DNA of 64,000 nucleotides from a virus: UHGV virus genome UHGV-0240017; one strand, 5' to 3'. Shown piece by piece: positions 9,650 to 18,513 of this stretch (position 1 is its first letter; each line of letters starts with the position of its first letter). The notes under the pieces were generated by a model. It saw only the letters and a program-made list of their open reading frames with translations, ran no database searches and was not told where the DNA came from. The position numbers and the translations under genes were made by a program.

Positions 9650-9740
9650 GTAGGGACTGCTGGTACAGTCTCTACTGCTTTATCTTCTCTTTCGAAAAGA
9701 TAAAGCGCCTAAGGGGAATGTTGGCGCACTCCCCTTTAGG
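9650..9740. repeat. structured repeat unit C; preceded by a 22-nt palindrome at 9623-9644
   Basis: GTAGGGACTG..CAGTCTCTAC (one G-T wobble), CTTTATCTT..AAGATAAAG (A/T swap compensated on both arms), GGGGAATG..CACTCCCC TTTAGG. Confidence 0.5.
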
Positions 9741-9858
9741 TTGTTACCTCCTTTCAACTATCAACCGGGTGTTTCTTGGGTATGCAACCGACGAAACAGC
9801 AGTTCATGTTTCATGAACTTATCCCCTATGTTGAATTTGCGAAAATAAATAAAGTGTA

Positions 9859-9895
9859 CCCCTAATCCCGAAAAGGATTAGGGGTTGCTTTTATT
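9859..9895. terminator. hairpin CCCCTAATCC-CGAAAA-GGATTAGGGG flanked by A and T runs
   Basis: 10-bp stem; overlaps stop of 9891..10706. Confidence 0.6.
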
Positions 9896-10706
9896 TAGTC
9901 GCTACGTATTGAACATGGCCACATTCCTTACATTCCACGTTGGCTTTCGGGATTGTCAGGCCGGTTAAAGGAACACGTATTTGATACTGCGCTCCACATT
10001 CTTCACAAACAAAGTCGTATTCTGGATAGACACGACCTTCTAATTTCTCTTCTTTCCTTAGTGTGCCTGCTAAGAACAGCATCGCACCTAACGCTTCATT
10101 AATCTGCTGTTCCCATTCTCCGTCTAACGGGTAAGCGAACGCACGAGTCAACGTTTCCACCATCTCTGGGGTATTACTTACATAAACGTGTTTCAGTTCA
10201 AACTCAACACGTTGTAAACCAAACAATACGCGCGCTGTTACCGTAACGTTATCTAATGTTTGTGCAAACACAACGGGATTATCGTCACCGTACATCGCGA
10301 ATAACGCAGCACGTTCGTATTCGATATCACTCCACTCGATTAGTTCTACAGATTTAATCGCTTCCGCAATCTCAGCATTACCGAACGTTTCATGTTCCAA
10401 TAATCCGACGATAACTTCATTCAACGATTTCAATTGCTGTAAACGAATCGCAGGATCGGTGTTCACGATAAGCAAACGATGCATTCTGGATTTCAACCAG
10501 TTAATCGTTCCTTCTACACCACCCCCAAACGAGCAGATGCTTATCACTTCAGGTTCGCGAAGGATAAGAGTGGATTTTCCTGCTGCCGTACTCAAGTAGA
10601 GTTTAAAAGACTTATCGTTAGACTCTGCAACGATGGCAATGTCTTCAGTTGGAACGAAGTTTTCATTGCTCAGCCCACGCGGAAAATAATCTTTAATAGT
10701 AATCAT
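9891..10706 (-). CDS. hypothetical protein with P-loop-like motif and C-terminal double CxxC zinc ribbon (thymidine-kinase-like architecture, speculative)
   Basis: FKLYLSTAAGKSTLIL (Walker-A-like) and CEECG...CKECG at C terminus; ATG with GGAG SD. Confidence 0.6.
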   Translation of the reverse strand: MITIKDYFPRGLSNENFVPTEDIAIVAESNDKSFKLYLSTAAGKSTLILREPEVISICSFGGGVEGTINWLKSRMHRLLIVNTDPAIRLQQLKSLNEVIVGLLEHETFGNAEIAEAIKSVELIEWSDIEYERAALFAMYGDDNPVVFAQTLDNVTVTARVLFGLQRVEFELKHVYVSNTPEMVETLTRAFAYPLDGEWEQQINEALGAMLFLAGTLRKEEKLEGRVYPEYDFVCEECGAQYQIRVPLTGLTIPKANVECKECGHVQYVATK

Positions 10707-10725
10707 CTTTTATGCTCCAATTAAT

Positions 10726-10757
10726 AAAAAAATTAAGGGCACCCGAAGGTGCCTTAT
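10726..10757 (-). terminator. intrinsic terminator after the small lipoprotein gene
   Basis: AAGGCACC-TTCG-GGTGCCCTT hairpin followed on the minus strand by AATTTTTTTATT. Confidence 0.75.
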
Positions 10758-10760
10758 ACA

Positions 10761-10904
10761 TTAACCACGACCAGTGCACTGTGCAACGGAATTACCGTTG
10801 TCGATGCAAGTGTCGTAGCCTTTGTCGATATCCAGGTACAGGCAACCCAGAACAACAGCGATAACAACAGCGAAGATAGCTTTTTTGTGTTTTACAGAAA
10901 TCAT
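10761..10904 (-). CDS. small secreted lipoprotein (47 aa; signal peptide with lipobox VLGC; 3 Cys in mature part)
   Basis: MISVKHKKAIFAVVIAVVLGC...; AGGAG SD 7 nt upstream of ATG; own promoter-like motif and terminator; below 60 aa so not in ORF track. Confidence 0.55.
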   Translation of the reverse strand: MISVKHKKAIFAVVIAVVLGCLYLDIDKGYDTCIDNGNSVAQCTGRG

Positions 10905-10952
10905 GATATAACTCCTAATTAGGTATTCGATAAATGAGTATTACGTAAACTC

Positions 10953-10977
10953 TCACCTAGGTAATATATATCTGAAA
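10953..10977 (-). promoter_or_regulatory. phage promoter-like element (minus-strand reading TTTCAGATATATATTACCTAGGTGA)
   Basis: 24 of 25 nt identical to 19208..19232; contains TATATTAC, which I recall as the phiKZ early-promoter core; about 50 nt upstream of the lipoprotein ATG. Confidence 0.5.
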
Positions 10978-11139
10978 TCTTTTTGAATCCATATACCCTC
11001 TAGAACGCTCTAAAACGCATTCTAACGCAATTTTCTTTTTAAAGGGTAATTAGTCGTCTTAATGGAGAAATGACTTCTGTGTGGCGTTTAGGAATAAATA
11101 AAAGGTATTCCCGTTACCCACAGAGGTAACGGGAAGTTT

Positions 11140-11940
11140 TTACAGACCTTGCATCTTATCCATTACAGCGATTTCAGGATCGCTAATGCCCGTCTTCGAA
11201 GAAATCATAAAGCGCTTATCGCTAATAGCTTCTACGGATTCGCGAATAAACAATGACTTTTCTTCCGCAACAGGAAGAATAGAATCGTTATCCTGCGGAC
11301 CCACAAGCTGGCAACTGAAAGGTACATAGCTGTTGAAGGTCACATAAGGACCTAACTGCAAGACCGGATACACTTCATTAAAGTTATTTGATGTACCGCT
11401 GTCTGTAGAAATAACAGAATAGCGCACCACCGCACGAACCGCTGTTGTGTATTCAGGATCGCGGGCTTCACCCACCACGGTAAAACGAAACGCATTGAAG
11501 TCGTAGTCTTCCGACTCACTAAAGTGAGAGGGGAGAATACGTTCAATATACTGAGGATAGGTTTCTTGTTGCCCTGGAATAACTGCTGCAGCTAATTTCT
11601 GAGCATAGAAGTAACAATAAGCAAAGCCGTATTGCGCTTCTAAAGCACCAGACACCACGGCGGTTGTGATCGCGTGCAGGAACAACAAATGACCTAACGT
11701 CCCTTTTTCTTCGATTGGTAATAAGCGACAATTCTGTACACCGTCTACGGTATAAATAACAGAAATCGTTTTGTCAGCACTGGACGCCATGATGTAGTCC
11801 AACTGGCGTTGTTCGCCACCAGGAATAACATTAAGGCAACGTTCTAACAACTTCGACGGTTTCGAAAAATTCTCTTCTTCGAACTTGTCGATTTGGATTA
11901 ACGTTTGGCCAGACATTCTGAAAGTAAGTAGATTACTCAT
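11140..11940 (-). CDS. hypothetical protein (about 266 aa)
   Basis: Track ORF 11140..11946 starts with TTG; in-frame ATG at 11940 has AAGGA SD; terminator hairpin at 11110-11133 downstream. Confidence 0.65.
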   Translation of the reverse strand: MSNLLTFRMSGQTLIQIDKFEEENFSKPSKLLERCLNVIPGGEQRQLDYIMASSADKTISVIYTVDGVQNCRLLPIEEKGTLGHLLFLHAITTAVVSGALEAQYGFAYCYFYAQKLAAAVIPGQQETYPQYIERILPSHFSESEDYDFNAFRFTVVGEARDPEYTTAVRAVVRYSVISTDSGTSNNFNEVYPVLQLGPYVTFNSYVPFSCQLVGPQDNDSILPVAEEKSLFIRESVEAISDKRFMISSKTGISDPEIAVMDKMQGL

Positions 11941-11972
11941 TAACAAATCCTTTAGGTTACGGACGACATAAT

Positions 11973-13292
11973 TTACGTAGCGGTTGTAAATTTTTCATTA
12001 GTCAACCACAACGTCAATTGACTAATGGTATTAAATTGTGGGGACGCCATCGAACCACCGTCAACGGCAGCTTGGAAAACTTCACCAACCAACGTCCCAT
12101 AACGAGTGTATACACCGTAATTATTCGCATACAGATATTTTACTGCCATACCCGGCTGCAATAAACCGTACGCTGAACGGTTCCAGGTCGTTGCGGTCAG
12201 TGTCCCTCTGGCGGCAGCCAACTTAGAACGACGAGGTTTATCCGTGTCGCTGAAATGCTCGTTTGGATCAATAGGTGCATTAACAACACCACCGGGGTAC
12301 TGTGTAGGGTCTGCTGCCGAAACAAACGAATCTGACGTCGTTGCTGAAACGTCGCCTGGAGAGAAAGAACTTGCACGTCCATCTAAGGCACGGATTGAAC
12401 CCACACGGTAACCCGTTCCCTGATTTAGCGCAAGGGCGTCTTTGTCTTCGAAGGTGAGAACATCGCCACCACAAATCAGATAAATGACGTCACCTGCAAT
12501 GTGACACGTTTTATCTAAATAGGCAACCTTCTCTCTTGGAAGGTTAATTACCACCAGTTTCTTTTTCGCCGTAGAGAATTTCTTAGAATCCCACGGCTGA
12601 AAGATATGCCAACGGTGTTTATACAAGAAGACACCTAATCCTTGGCTATACACACCGTAACGGTTCTGAATGAAATCGAAAACCGAAAGAAAACTTTGCG
12701 AATCGGGAATCAAAATGTCGCGATAAGGCTGTTGTTCTTCTTCCTCGTATTCCACACCAACCAACTGACCTTCTGGTGCATCCCCGGTAGGTAATGTGTC
12801 AGCAAGTAATGCACGAACGACACTTAATCCATCGGTTTCGTGGTAAATCCCTCCTACCTGACGACAACGAAGGAACCACATCGATTCGTCCATCAGTTCC
12901 AACGTTACCACGCCCAACCCTTTTTGGTCAGATTCACCCAAAAACATTGTAGGTGATTCCATATCAGGATCGTGGTTGTTAACCACAATTCCTCGGTAGT
13001 TCAGTTGGGCAATGGTTTTCTTGTTCATTGTCCGCATCAGGATTTTAACTGATAAATCCCCTTCTGCCGACGACGTAAGAATACGTTGCTGGCTCAGTGG
13101 AATCACCACACTGAGGTGCGTGATGGTCGTTAAATCCTGAGCGAAATTACTGGCATGGATTATCGACATGGTTTTGTAAACGTCAATCGTCACCCCACGA
13201 ACCGTGATAAGGGGTACGTAGTCGATGGCCGGTAATCCCGCCGCTTGTGCAATGTGCACGTTTGCTATGTTCTGTAACCGACCAAACGACAT
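11973..13292 (-). CDS. hypothetical protein (439 aa)
   Basis: ATG overlaps upstream stop (TAATG coupling). Confidence 0.7.
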   Translation of the reverse strand: MSFGRLQNIANVHIAQAAGLPAIDYVPLITVRGVTIDVYKTMSIIHASNFAQDLTTITHLSVVIPLSQQRILTSSAEGDLSVKILMRTMNKKTIAQLNYRGIVVNNHDPDMESPTMFLGESDQKGLGVVTLELMDESMWFLRCRQVGGIYHETDGLSVVRALLADTLPTGDAPEGQLVGVEYEEEEQQPYRDILIPDSQSFLSVFDFIQNRYGVYSQGLGVFLYKHRWHIFQPWDSKKFSTAKKKLVVINLPREKVAYLDKTCHIAGDVIYLICGGDVLTFEDKDALALNQGTGYRVGSIRALDGRASSFSPGDVSATTSDSFVSAADPTQYPGGVVNAPIDPNEHFSDTDKPRRSKLAAARGTLTATTWNRSAYGLLQPGMAVKYLYANNYGVYTRYGTLVGEVFQAAVDGGSMASPQFNTISQLTLWLTNEKFTTAT

Positions 13293-13933
13293 TACAGAAT
13301 TCCTCCACGTCTACGGTATATCTGTTCAATACGGTGCATAATCGTATCGTTGAACTGATGCCGTTCTGTTTCCAATCGGACTTCGCCAAATAACGCTTGT
13401 ACGGAAACCGCCATCGTTACTTCAGGTTTCTTAAAGTAACCATAACGGTTCGCTACCGGGAACAGTTTACGCGCTAACGCATTAAACTGACGCAAGCCCT
13501 CCATAGGGACTTTACGTACCGTTAAGTGCGGGGTCTGCATGTAATTTAGCCAATCAGCTAAGTGTTCCATGATATACCCGTACACGATAATCCCGTCATG
13601 TGGGTCGTGGACGTCTAACGCCGCGCCCGATTCTGCATAAACCGCAACTTCGAAAGGTCGCATGTATACGGTCTTTTTATTGAGCAGTATCGCGCGTGCT
13701 TTTTTCTCGTCTTCCGGTAAGAACAACCCATGTTCCTGAGACATGTACGTTGAAATCGTCGTCCATTCAGGAACACGCCATCCCACCCACTTGTGAAACA
13801 GCATAAATGCTGCGCTACGTTTTTCAGCCACGTTAATCCCTCGCATACCGTAACAACAAATACACCATCGGAATGTAATAGAATTGCGCATCCTTCGGCA
13901 AACGGTAAACTTCTTCAAACAACCGCAACGCAA
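13292..13933 (-). CDS. hypothetical protein (start uncertain; probably internal ATG at 13891, 13846 or 13804)
   Basis: Track start is TTG and overlaps upstream gene by 100 nt; no clear SD at any candidate. Confidence 0.5.
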   Translation of the reverse strand: MRCGCLKKFTVCRRMRNSITFRWCICCYGMRGINVAEKRSAAFMLFHKWVGWRVPEWTTISTYMSQEHGLFLPEDEKKARAILLNKKTVYMRPFEVAVYAESGAALDVHDPHDGIIVYGYIMEHLADWLNYMQTPHLTVRKVPMEGLRQFNALARKLFPVANRYGYFKKPEVTMAVSVQALFGEVRLETERHQFNDTIMHRIEQIYRRRGGIL

Positions 13934-15203
13934 TTACTGTCGACAGTGGACGCTTATTCAGATAGAGATATAAACCGTATTCTAATAACGAACTGTACGA
14001 ACCCTCGTAAAACGTTGGGCTTAACAAATACGGCTTGTAGGTCAGCGGTAAAAACGCAGGGATCGATTCACCTTCGTTACCCCGATAGTTTTCCACTTCA
14101 ACCGGTTCAAACTCCGTCCACTTCGGCCACTGTCCAGGAAAACGTTGTGCCATCCCATAACCTGGTTTTAATTCATCGGTAAAGAATCGGGTATCCGAAA
14201 TTAATGACCAGGTCACAGAATTCCGATGCTGCATCGTGCGGAAGGTTTTTACCTGCCAGACGCTGGAATCACGTTTGTAATCCGCTAAGAACGTTGGCGA
14301 TTGATTTAACAATGCTGTCCAGACCGTTTCAATATCTTCCACACGCATCGGTGGATGCGGGTAGATTTGAATATCTTTACCGACGGTCCGTAAGCCTACA
14401 GAGCGTACAAACTGTGCCAAGAACACATCGTAATACGCGCGACTACGCAACCCATCGCTGTGCCGATCGTGCGGGAAAAGCAACGTTGCCGTTTCCCCAT
14501 CGTAAAACCGTTTTACGTAAGTCTGTTCAATGTCTGCAATCGCATCAACGACCTTCAAAAACGCACGATATTCTTTCGGTGTCAGTAACGTATCACCGCC
14601 CGTCCAGGCACGTTCAGAAACGTAATAATACTCACGGACCGTACACCGGCGAATGGTTTCTGCAACTTCTGGATCAACTTCAAACAGCAATGTATACTCG
14701 ATGTTATACGTTGCAATTTTGTTATTGGACATCCGTACGACGTTCGTGACGTTGAACAACGCGAACCGACCGTCCCCAATCGGGGCAACGAAAAAACACC
14801 CTTCGTTGGGAATCACCGAGTTCGCCATTGTTGCGGCACCGGACATGGTGAACGTTTTGTTCGTTGTATCCTGAGAACGATCTAACGGTGTAGTAACCCG
14901 CAATTCTAACCCGATGATTTTCTCTACTTGCTGGTCAGGCGTAAGTACCTTCGAATCGAAGAATTTCTTCGCGTCGTTACGCCCTTTCAGGAAATTAAAG
15001 AAATCCACTGTCCAGGAAGACCCTTCCAGGTACTTCATCAGGTACTGTTTCGGTATACGCTCTAAATCCGTCACCGTTGTACGTGTCGGTTGTGTCACCA
15101 CGTTCGTGGTTTCTTTCACACCGTCTTGCGGTTTATTCAACTCAGGGATCGGGCGTTCCACCGGTTCGAAAGAAGACGGTTTATCACGCTTCGCTTTGAG
15201 CAT
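13833..15203 (-). CDS. hypothetical protein (456 aa)
   Basis: Long ORF with ATG start in contiguous minus-strand block. Confidence 0.7.
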   Translation of the reverse strand: MLKAKRDKPSSFEPVERPIPELNKPQDGVKETTNVVTQPTRTTVTDLERIPKQYLMKYLEGSSWTVDFFNFLKGRNDAKKFFDSKVLTPDQQVEKIIGLELRVTTPLDRSQDTTNKTFTMSGAATMANSVIPNEGCFFVAPIGDGRFALFNVTNVVRMSNNKIATYNIEYTLLFEVDPEVAETIRRCTVREYYYVSERAWTGGDTLLTPKEYRAFLKVVDAIADIEQTYVKRFYDGETATLLFPHDRHSDGLRSRAYYDVFLAQFVRSVGLRTVGKDIQIYPHPPMRVEDIETVWTALLNQSPTFLADYKRDSSVWQVKTFRTMQHRNSVTWSLISDTRFFTDELKPGYGMAQRFPGQWPKWTEFEPVEVENYRGNEGESIPAFLPLTYKPYLLSPTFYEGSYSSLLEYGLYLYLNKRPLSTVIALRLFEEVYRLPKDAQFYYIPMVYLLLRYARD

Positions 15204-16692
15204 TCTCTGTTCCTCGCATGGTAATAATGGTCGAGTTCAGCACCGTCAATAACACACGGGCTTCTACGTTCGGAATCAGTTTATTAATGTCATCGATAAC
15301 GCTCGGAGGTAACACCGGCTTATCCCACCACCAATCAGGAACGTCCCATTTCGGGAACAACCATTCAATTAATACTTTCGCTGCCTGCGGATATAACTGT
15401 AATGGCCAGAGGTTCATTCCGCGCCAGTCAAACATGACCGATTCGGTTAAGTAATAACCCTTACTTACTTTCAGGTCACGACCTTTAAGCGAAAACGTAT
15501 TTCCTTCCCAATGGTAGAAACGCGGTTCGATAATCTGTCCCTCTTCAAACAACTCGATACGGAAAACACCCGTCTGTCCTGTCGGGTCAATCGCACGACA
15601 ATGTTCGATATACGGTAGCAACGCTTCGTTCCATTCGTAAGGTAAATCTTCCGTAGACATCACCTTCGGCGATAACATGTTGTCCGGTTCAAAAACAACA
15701 TCTGTACCGAAAATCGGTAAGAGTTTATCTTTCAACGGGGAATGTGTACGGTGGAACTGTTCTGTCGGTGACAGTAAATACGGTAAACGAATATACTGAC
15801 GGGTTTCGTTAATCCACCAGGTTGAATCGAGATTCTTCTGTTGTGGATGACGGTAAACTAACTCCTCGTTAGACACCCACGGTGGGTCTATCTCTGGCCA
15901 ATATTCATCAGGCAGCGGTGTCTGATTGATGATATACGGATACGAAACCACAATCTCTTCAGGGCGCTGATAAGAGAAACGGATAACGAACGTTGCTTCC
16001 CAGTGGTTTTCATCTTTATCCCAAGCCGGTGTTTGAACATCGTATACCGTTTCTAAACGCGTAGGTGCGTAACGTACCGCAATAGTTTCCTGACCGCCAG
16101 CAACATTAGCTGCGCGAAATACGTCGGGCGTAAAATACGCTTTCAAATAGGCTTTAAAATCGTCAAACGTTGATACTCGCGTTCCCGCAGCAACGTAGCA
16201 GGCATTCAACAATTTTAAAGCAGGTTTAGGGATATAATAGAACGCTTCTGACTCCGTCATAGTCGAATAACGACCCATGTCCACTAACGAGTCTAAACGG
16301 TTCGTCCAGCGCAATAACTCGTCACGTGAGGCACTGGTACGTCGTAACGTTACTGTTACGTTATACATCGTTCTAACGGGCCAGGCGCGTACCTGATCGA
16401 CACGGTTCTCAAAGAAGTACGGTTCAGCCTGCTGACCAACCTGACGGTTGATTCTTGCCCACTCATCACGTTCTTCTTCTACTTCAACGTAAACCTTTTC
16501 AGGTGAACTGTACTCTACTTCTGTACCGTCACCTAAAGTAGAATCCGGCTGATGGGCGCTATTGAATTCATCGAGGAAAACAACCGCTGCTGTATCAATA
16601 CCAGACTCATTAAGTACACGTTGTATAACGCCATCGATTATTGGTTTGCGAATGGTCGCGTCTAACGACGGAATTTCAAAATACTGTTGCAT
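15184..16692 (-). CDS. hypothetical protein (502 aa)
   Basis: ATG with AAGGAA SD; terminator at 16745-16768 downstream. Confidence 0.7.
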   Translation of the reverse strand: MQQYFEIPSLDATIRKPIIDGVIQRVLNESGIDTAAVVFLDEFNSAHQPDSTLGDGTEVEYSSPEKVYVEVEEERDEWARINRQVGQQAEPYFFENRVDQVRAWPVRTMYNVTVTLRRTSASRDELLRWTNRLDSLVDMGRYSTMTESEAFYYIPKPALKLLNACYVAAGTRVSTFDDFKAYLKAYFTPDVFRAANVAGGQETIAVRYAPTRLETVYDVQTPAWDKDENHWEATFVIRFSYQRPEEIVVSYPYIINQTPLPDEYWPEIDPPWVSNEELVYRHPQQKNLDSTWWINETRQYIRLPYLLSPTEQFHRTHSPLKDKLLPIFGTDVVFEPDNMLSPKVMSTEDLPYEWNEALLPYIEHCRAIDPTGQTGVFRIELFEEGQIIEPRFYHWEGNTFSLKGRDLKVSKGYYLTESVMFDWRGMNLWPLQLYPQAAKVLIEWLFPKWDVPDWWWDKPVLPPSVIDDINKLIPNVEARVLLTVLNSTIITMRGTENAQSEA

Positions 16693-16781
16693 TGGCTTGT
16701 TCCTTCGTTATAGTCATATCACAGGCGCGAAATGAAAAAAAAATAAAAGGGAACCGAAGTCCCCTTTTACGGTTAAACTAC

Positions 16782-17078
16782 CTATAACAGATAAGGTATA
16801 CCTTCAAAGATAATCTCGTCGTTAGCGAAGCCAACAGACGCTTCCTCGCCCCCAGAGGTGGTTGCCCAAATCTCTGCCGCAAAACGCTGGTTGTTAATCA
16901 ACAGCCCACGGTTGTTTTCGAACAACACTATCAAGACCAACCTGACGCTTTTCTCTTGATGTAAACGGCGTATAAACGCGTGTTTTACAGGGGAAGGACA
17001 CCAGGTGAAGCGTGCTATTTTCCCTTTCGCAACTCTACCTAAAAAGAGCTTTTCTAAGGTTACAAACTCAGTGCCCAT
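16782..17078 (-). CDS. hypothetical small protein (about 98 aa), doubtful
   Basis: Track ORF 16782..17114 overlaps the DHFR 3' end; internal ATG at 17078 follows GGAAAAGAG. Confidence 0.3.
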   Translation of the reverse strand: MGTEFVTLEKLFLGRVAKGKIARFTWCPSPVKHAFIRRLHQEKSVRLVLIVLFENNRGLLINNQRFAAEIWATTSGGEEASVGFANDEIIFEGIPYLL

Positions 17079-17604
17079 CTCTTTTCCAAATCTGATAATG
17101 CCAACGCGGAACATCGCTATCCGGTTTGGAAGCGTGCGTTAAGTTATAAACCAGTCTAAAGTTGTTACGATCGATTTCAGGAAAGAACGCATCTGCACCA
17201 TCAACTTTAACTTCTACGCGTGACAAGTAAATCTTATCCGCATAAGGTAACGCCTGATGGTAAATTTCTGCGCCGCCGATAATAAAGATTTCCTTAGGAT
17301 AACCCTTTTTCTCAACCTCGGTTTTGAGGAATTCAATAATCGAACCCATTTCACCCTTAAGGTTAAGCACCCCATCGATTTCGGGCACACCACCAGGTCT
17401 TCTCGTTAACACGACATGGTGGCGATTTGGTAGGGGTTTATACCCTAACGATTCCCATGTCTTGCTTCCTATCACGATAACTTTACCTGATGTAAGTGCC
17501 TTAAAATTCTTTAAGTCATCGGGAATACGCCACGGCAGTTTATTGTCTTTCCCGATTTCGTTATTCAATCCAGCGGCAGCTATCATCGAAACTGTAATTG
17601 TCAT
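17068..17604 (-). CDS. folA: dihydrofolate reductase
   Basis: MTITVSMIAAAGLNNEIGKDNKLPW...IGSKTWESLG...PLPNR...IIGGAEIY match DHFR signature blocks; ATG at 17604 with GGAGA SD; track start 17793 is over-extended. Confidence 0.85.
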   Translation of the reverse strand: MTITVSMIAAAGLNNEIGKDNKLPWRIPDDLKNFKALTSGKVIVIGSKTWESLGYKPLPNRHHVVLTRRPGGVPEIDGVLNLKGEMGSIIEFLKTEVEKKGYPKEIFIIGGAEIYHQALPYADKIYLSRVEVKVDGADAFFPEIDRNNFRLVYNLTHASKPDSDVPRWHYQIWKRDGH

Positions 17605-17906
17605 TTCTTTATCTCCAGTGAGCCTCTTAAATGGCGTATAAAATCTTTTCGGGTATACCGGCTCGTTTTGTACTGATCGGCCAAATGGTAAACGGTAATA
17701 TACCGCCCTTTGGCTTCCATATGCAAATGCGTTATATTGCCATCGTTCGTAGGGAGTGGTCTGATCAGTGGAATCATCAAATCCCCATTCCAACCAGGTT
17801 CATTAAGTCTCGGTATCAGTAATCGAATGTCTAACCGTTTTACGCAGTACACCACATTACTTTCCGGCAACTTAACAACACATATCGCATCGGCTTTGAG
17901 TTTCAT
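17601..17906 (-). CDS. hypothetical protein (101 aa)
   Basis: ATG with AGGAAGG SD; stop overlaps DHFR start (ATGA). Confidence 0.6.
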   Translation of the reverse strand: MKLKADAICVVKLPESNVVYCVKRLDIRLLIPRLNEPGWNGDLMIPLIRPLPTNDGNITHLHMEAKGRYITVYHLADQYKTSRYTRKDFIRHLRGSLEIKK

Positions 17907-17907
17907 T

Positions 17908-18459
17908 TTAACCTTCCTGGTATTGTCTAATTCCGTAATCAGGTAGAATGTTTTCTACTGTGGCTTTCGGTACAACTGAAAGCTGATTGTATAAATTCAA
18001 CAAATCCTCGCGCAGTAACTTCTGCTCGATATCAAGTTTATAACAAGCCAGTTCTTTTTCTAGCGGTTTAAGTAATACAACGCGGGTTTGAAAACCGTCA
18101 ATAGGCTCAGGAACACGATAACTGCGGCGACGGTAGAAAGTTTCCAGCTTCGAATAATCACGGATGTACGTTTTCGTCAGTGTAGAATAACCTGCGTCTA
18201 ACATAAACTTGTAGAACGGGCGTAAAGCGATGAAACGATTATATTCCAGGTGTTCTGGAATATAGAATTCGTAATTGTTGTAAGTGAGCGTGGAGAGTTG
18301 AGAACCATTACAATGTGCACAGTTAATAAAAATAGCCAGTCCAATCATTACCGGACGTGGGACGATAAGGGTTTTATCGCCAAACTGAATACGAAAGATT
18401 TCCTGCTGTAAACTGGTTTCAGATACGACTTCAGCGTCTAAAATATTAAATTTGTTCAT
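17908..18459 (-). CDS. hypothetical protein (183 aa)
   Basis: ATG with AGGAG SD. Confidence 0.7.
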   Translation of the reverse strand: MNKFNILDAEVVSETSLQQEIFRIQFGDKTLIVPRPVMIGLAIFINCAHCNGSQLSTLTYNNYEFYIPEHLEYNRFIALRPFYKFMLDAGYSTLTKTYIRDYSKLETFYRRRSYRVPEPIDGFQTRVVLLKPLEKELACYKLDIEQKLLREDLLNLYNQLSVVPKATVENILPDYGIRQYQEG

Positions 18460-18513
18460 TTCTATTCTCCTAAAGGTCGAAAAAATAAAACCCTCCGTAG
18501 AGGGTTTTTTATC

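Noticed and set aside
8928-9740. Possibility that the three structured repeat units are tRNA genes or a CRISPR array
   Set aside because: No T-loop (GTTCRA) or D-loop features and stems of 9-10 bp do not fit a cloverleaf; units are about 400 bp apart, separated by protein-coding genes, and are not short direct repeats with unique spacers.
17068-17793. Track version of the DHFR ORF with a 63-residue N-terminal extension
   Set aside because: The extension overlaps the upstream gene and lacks a start signal; the DHFR homology and a GGAGA SD begin at ATG 17604.
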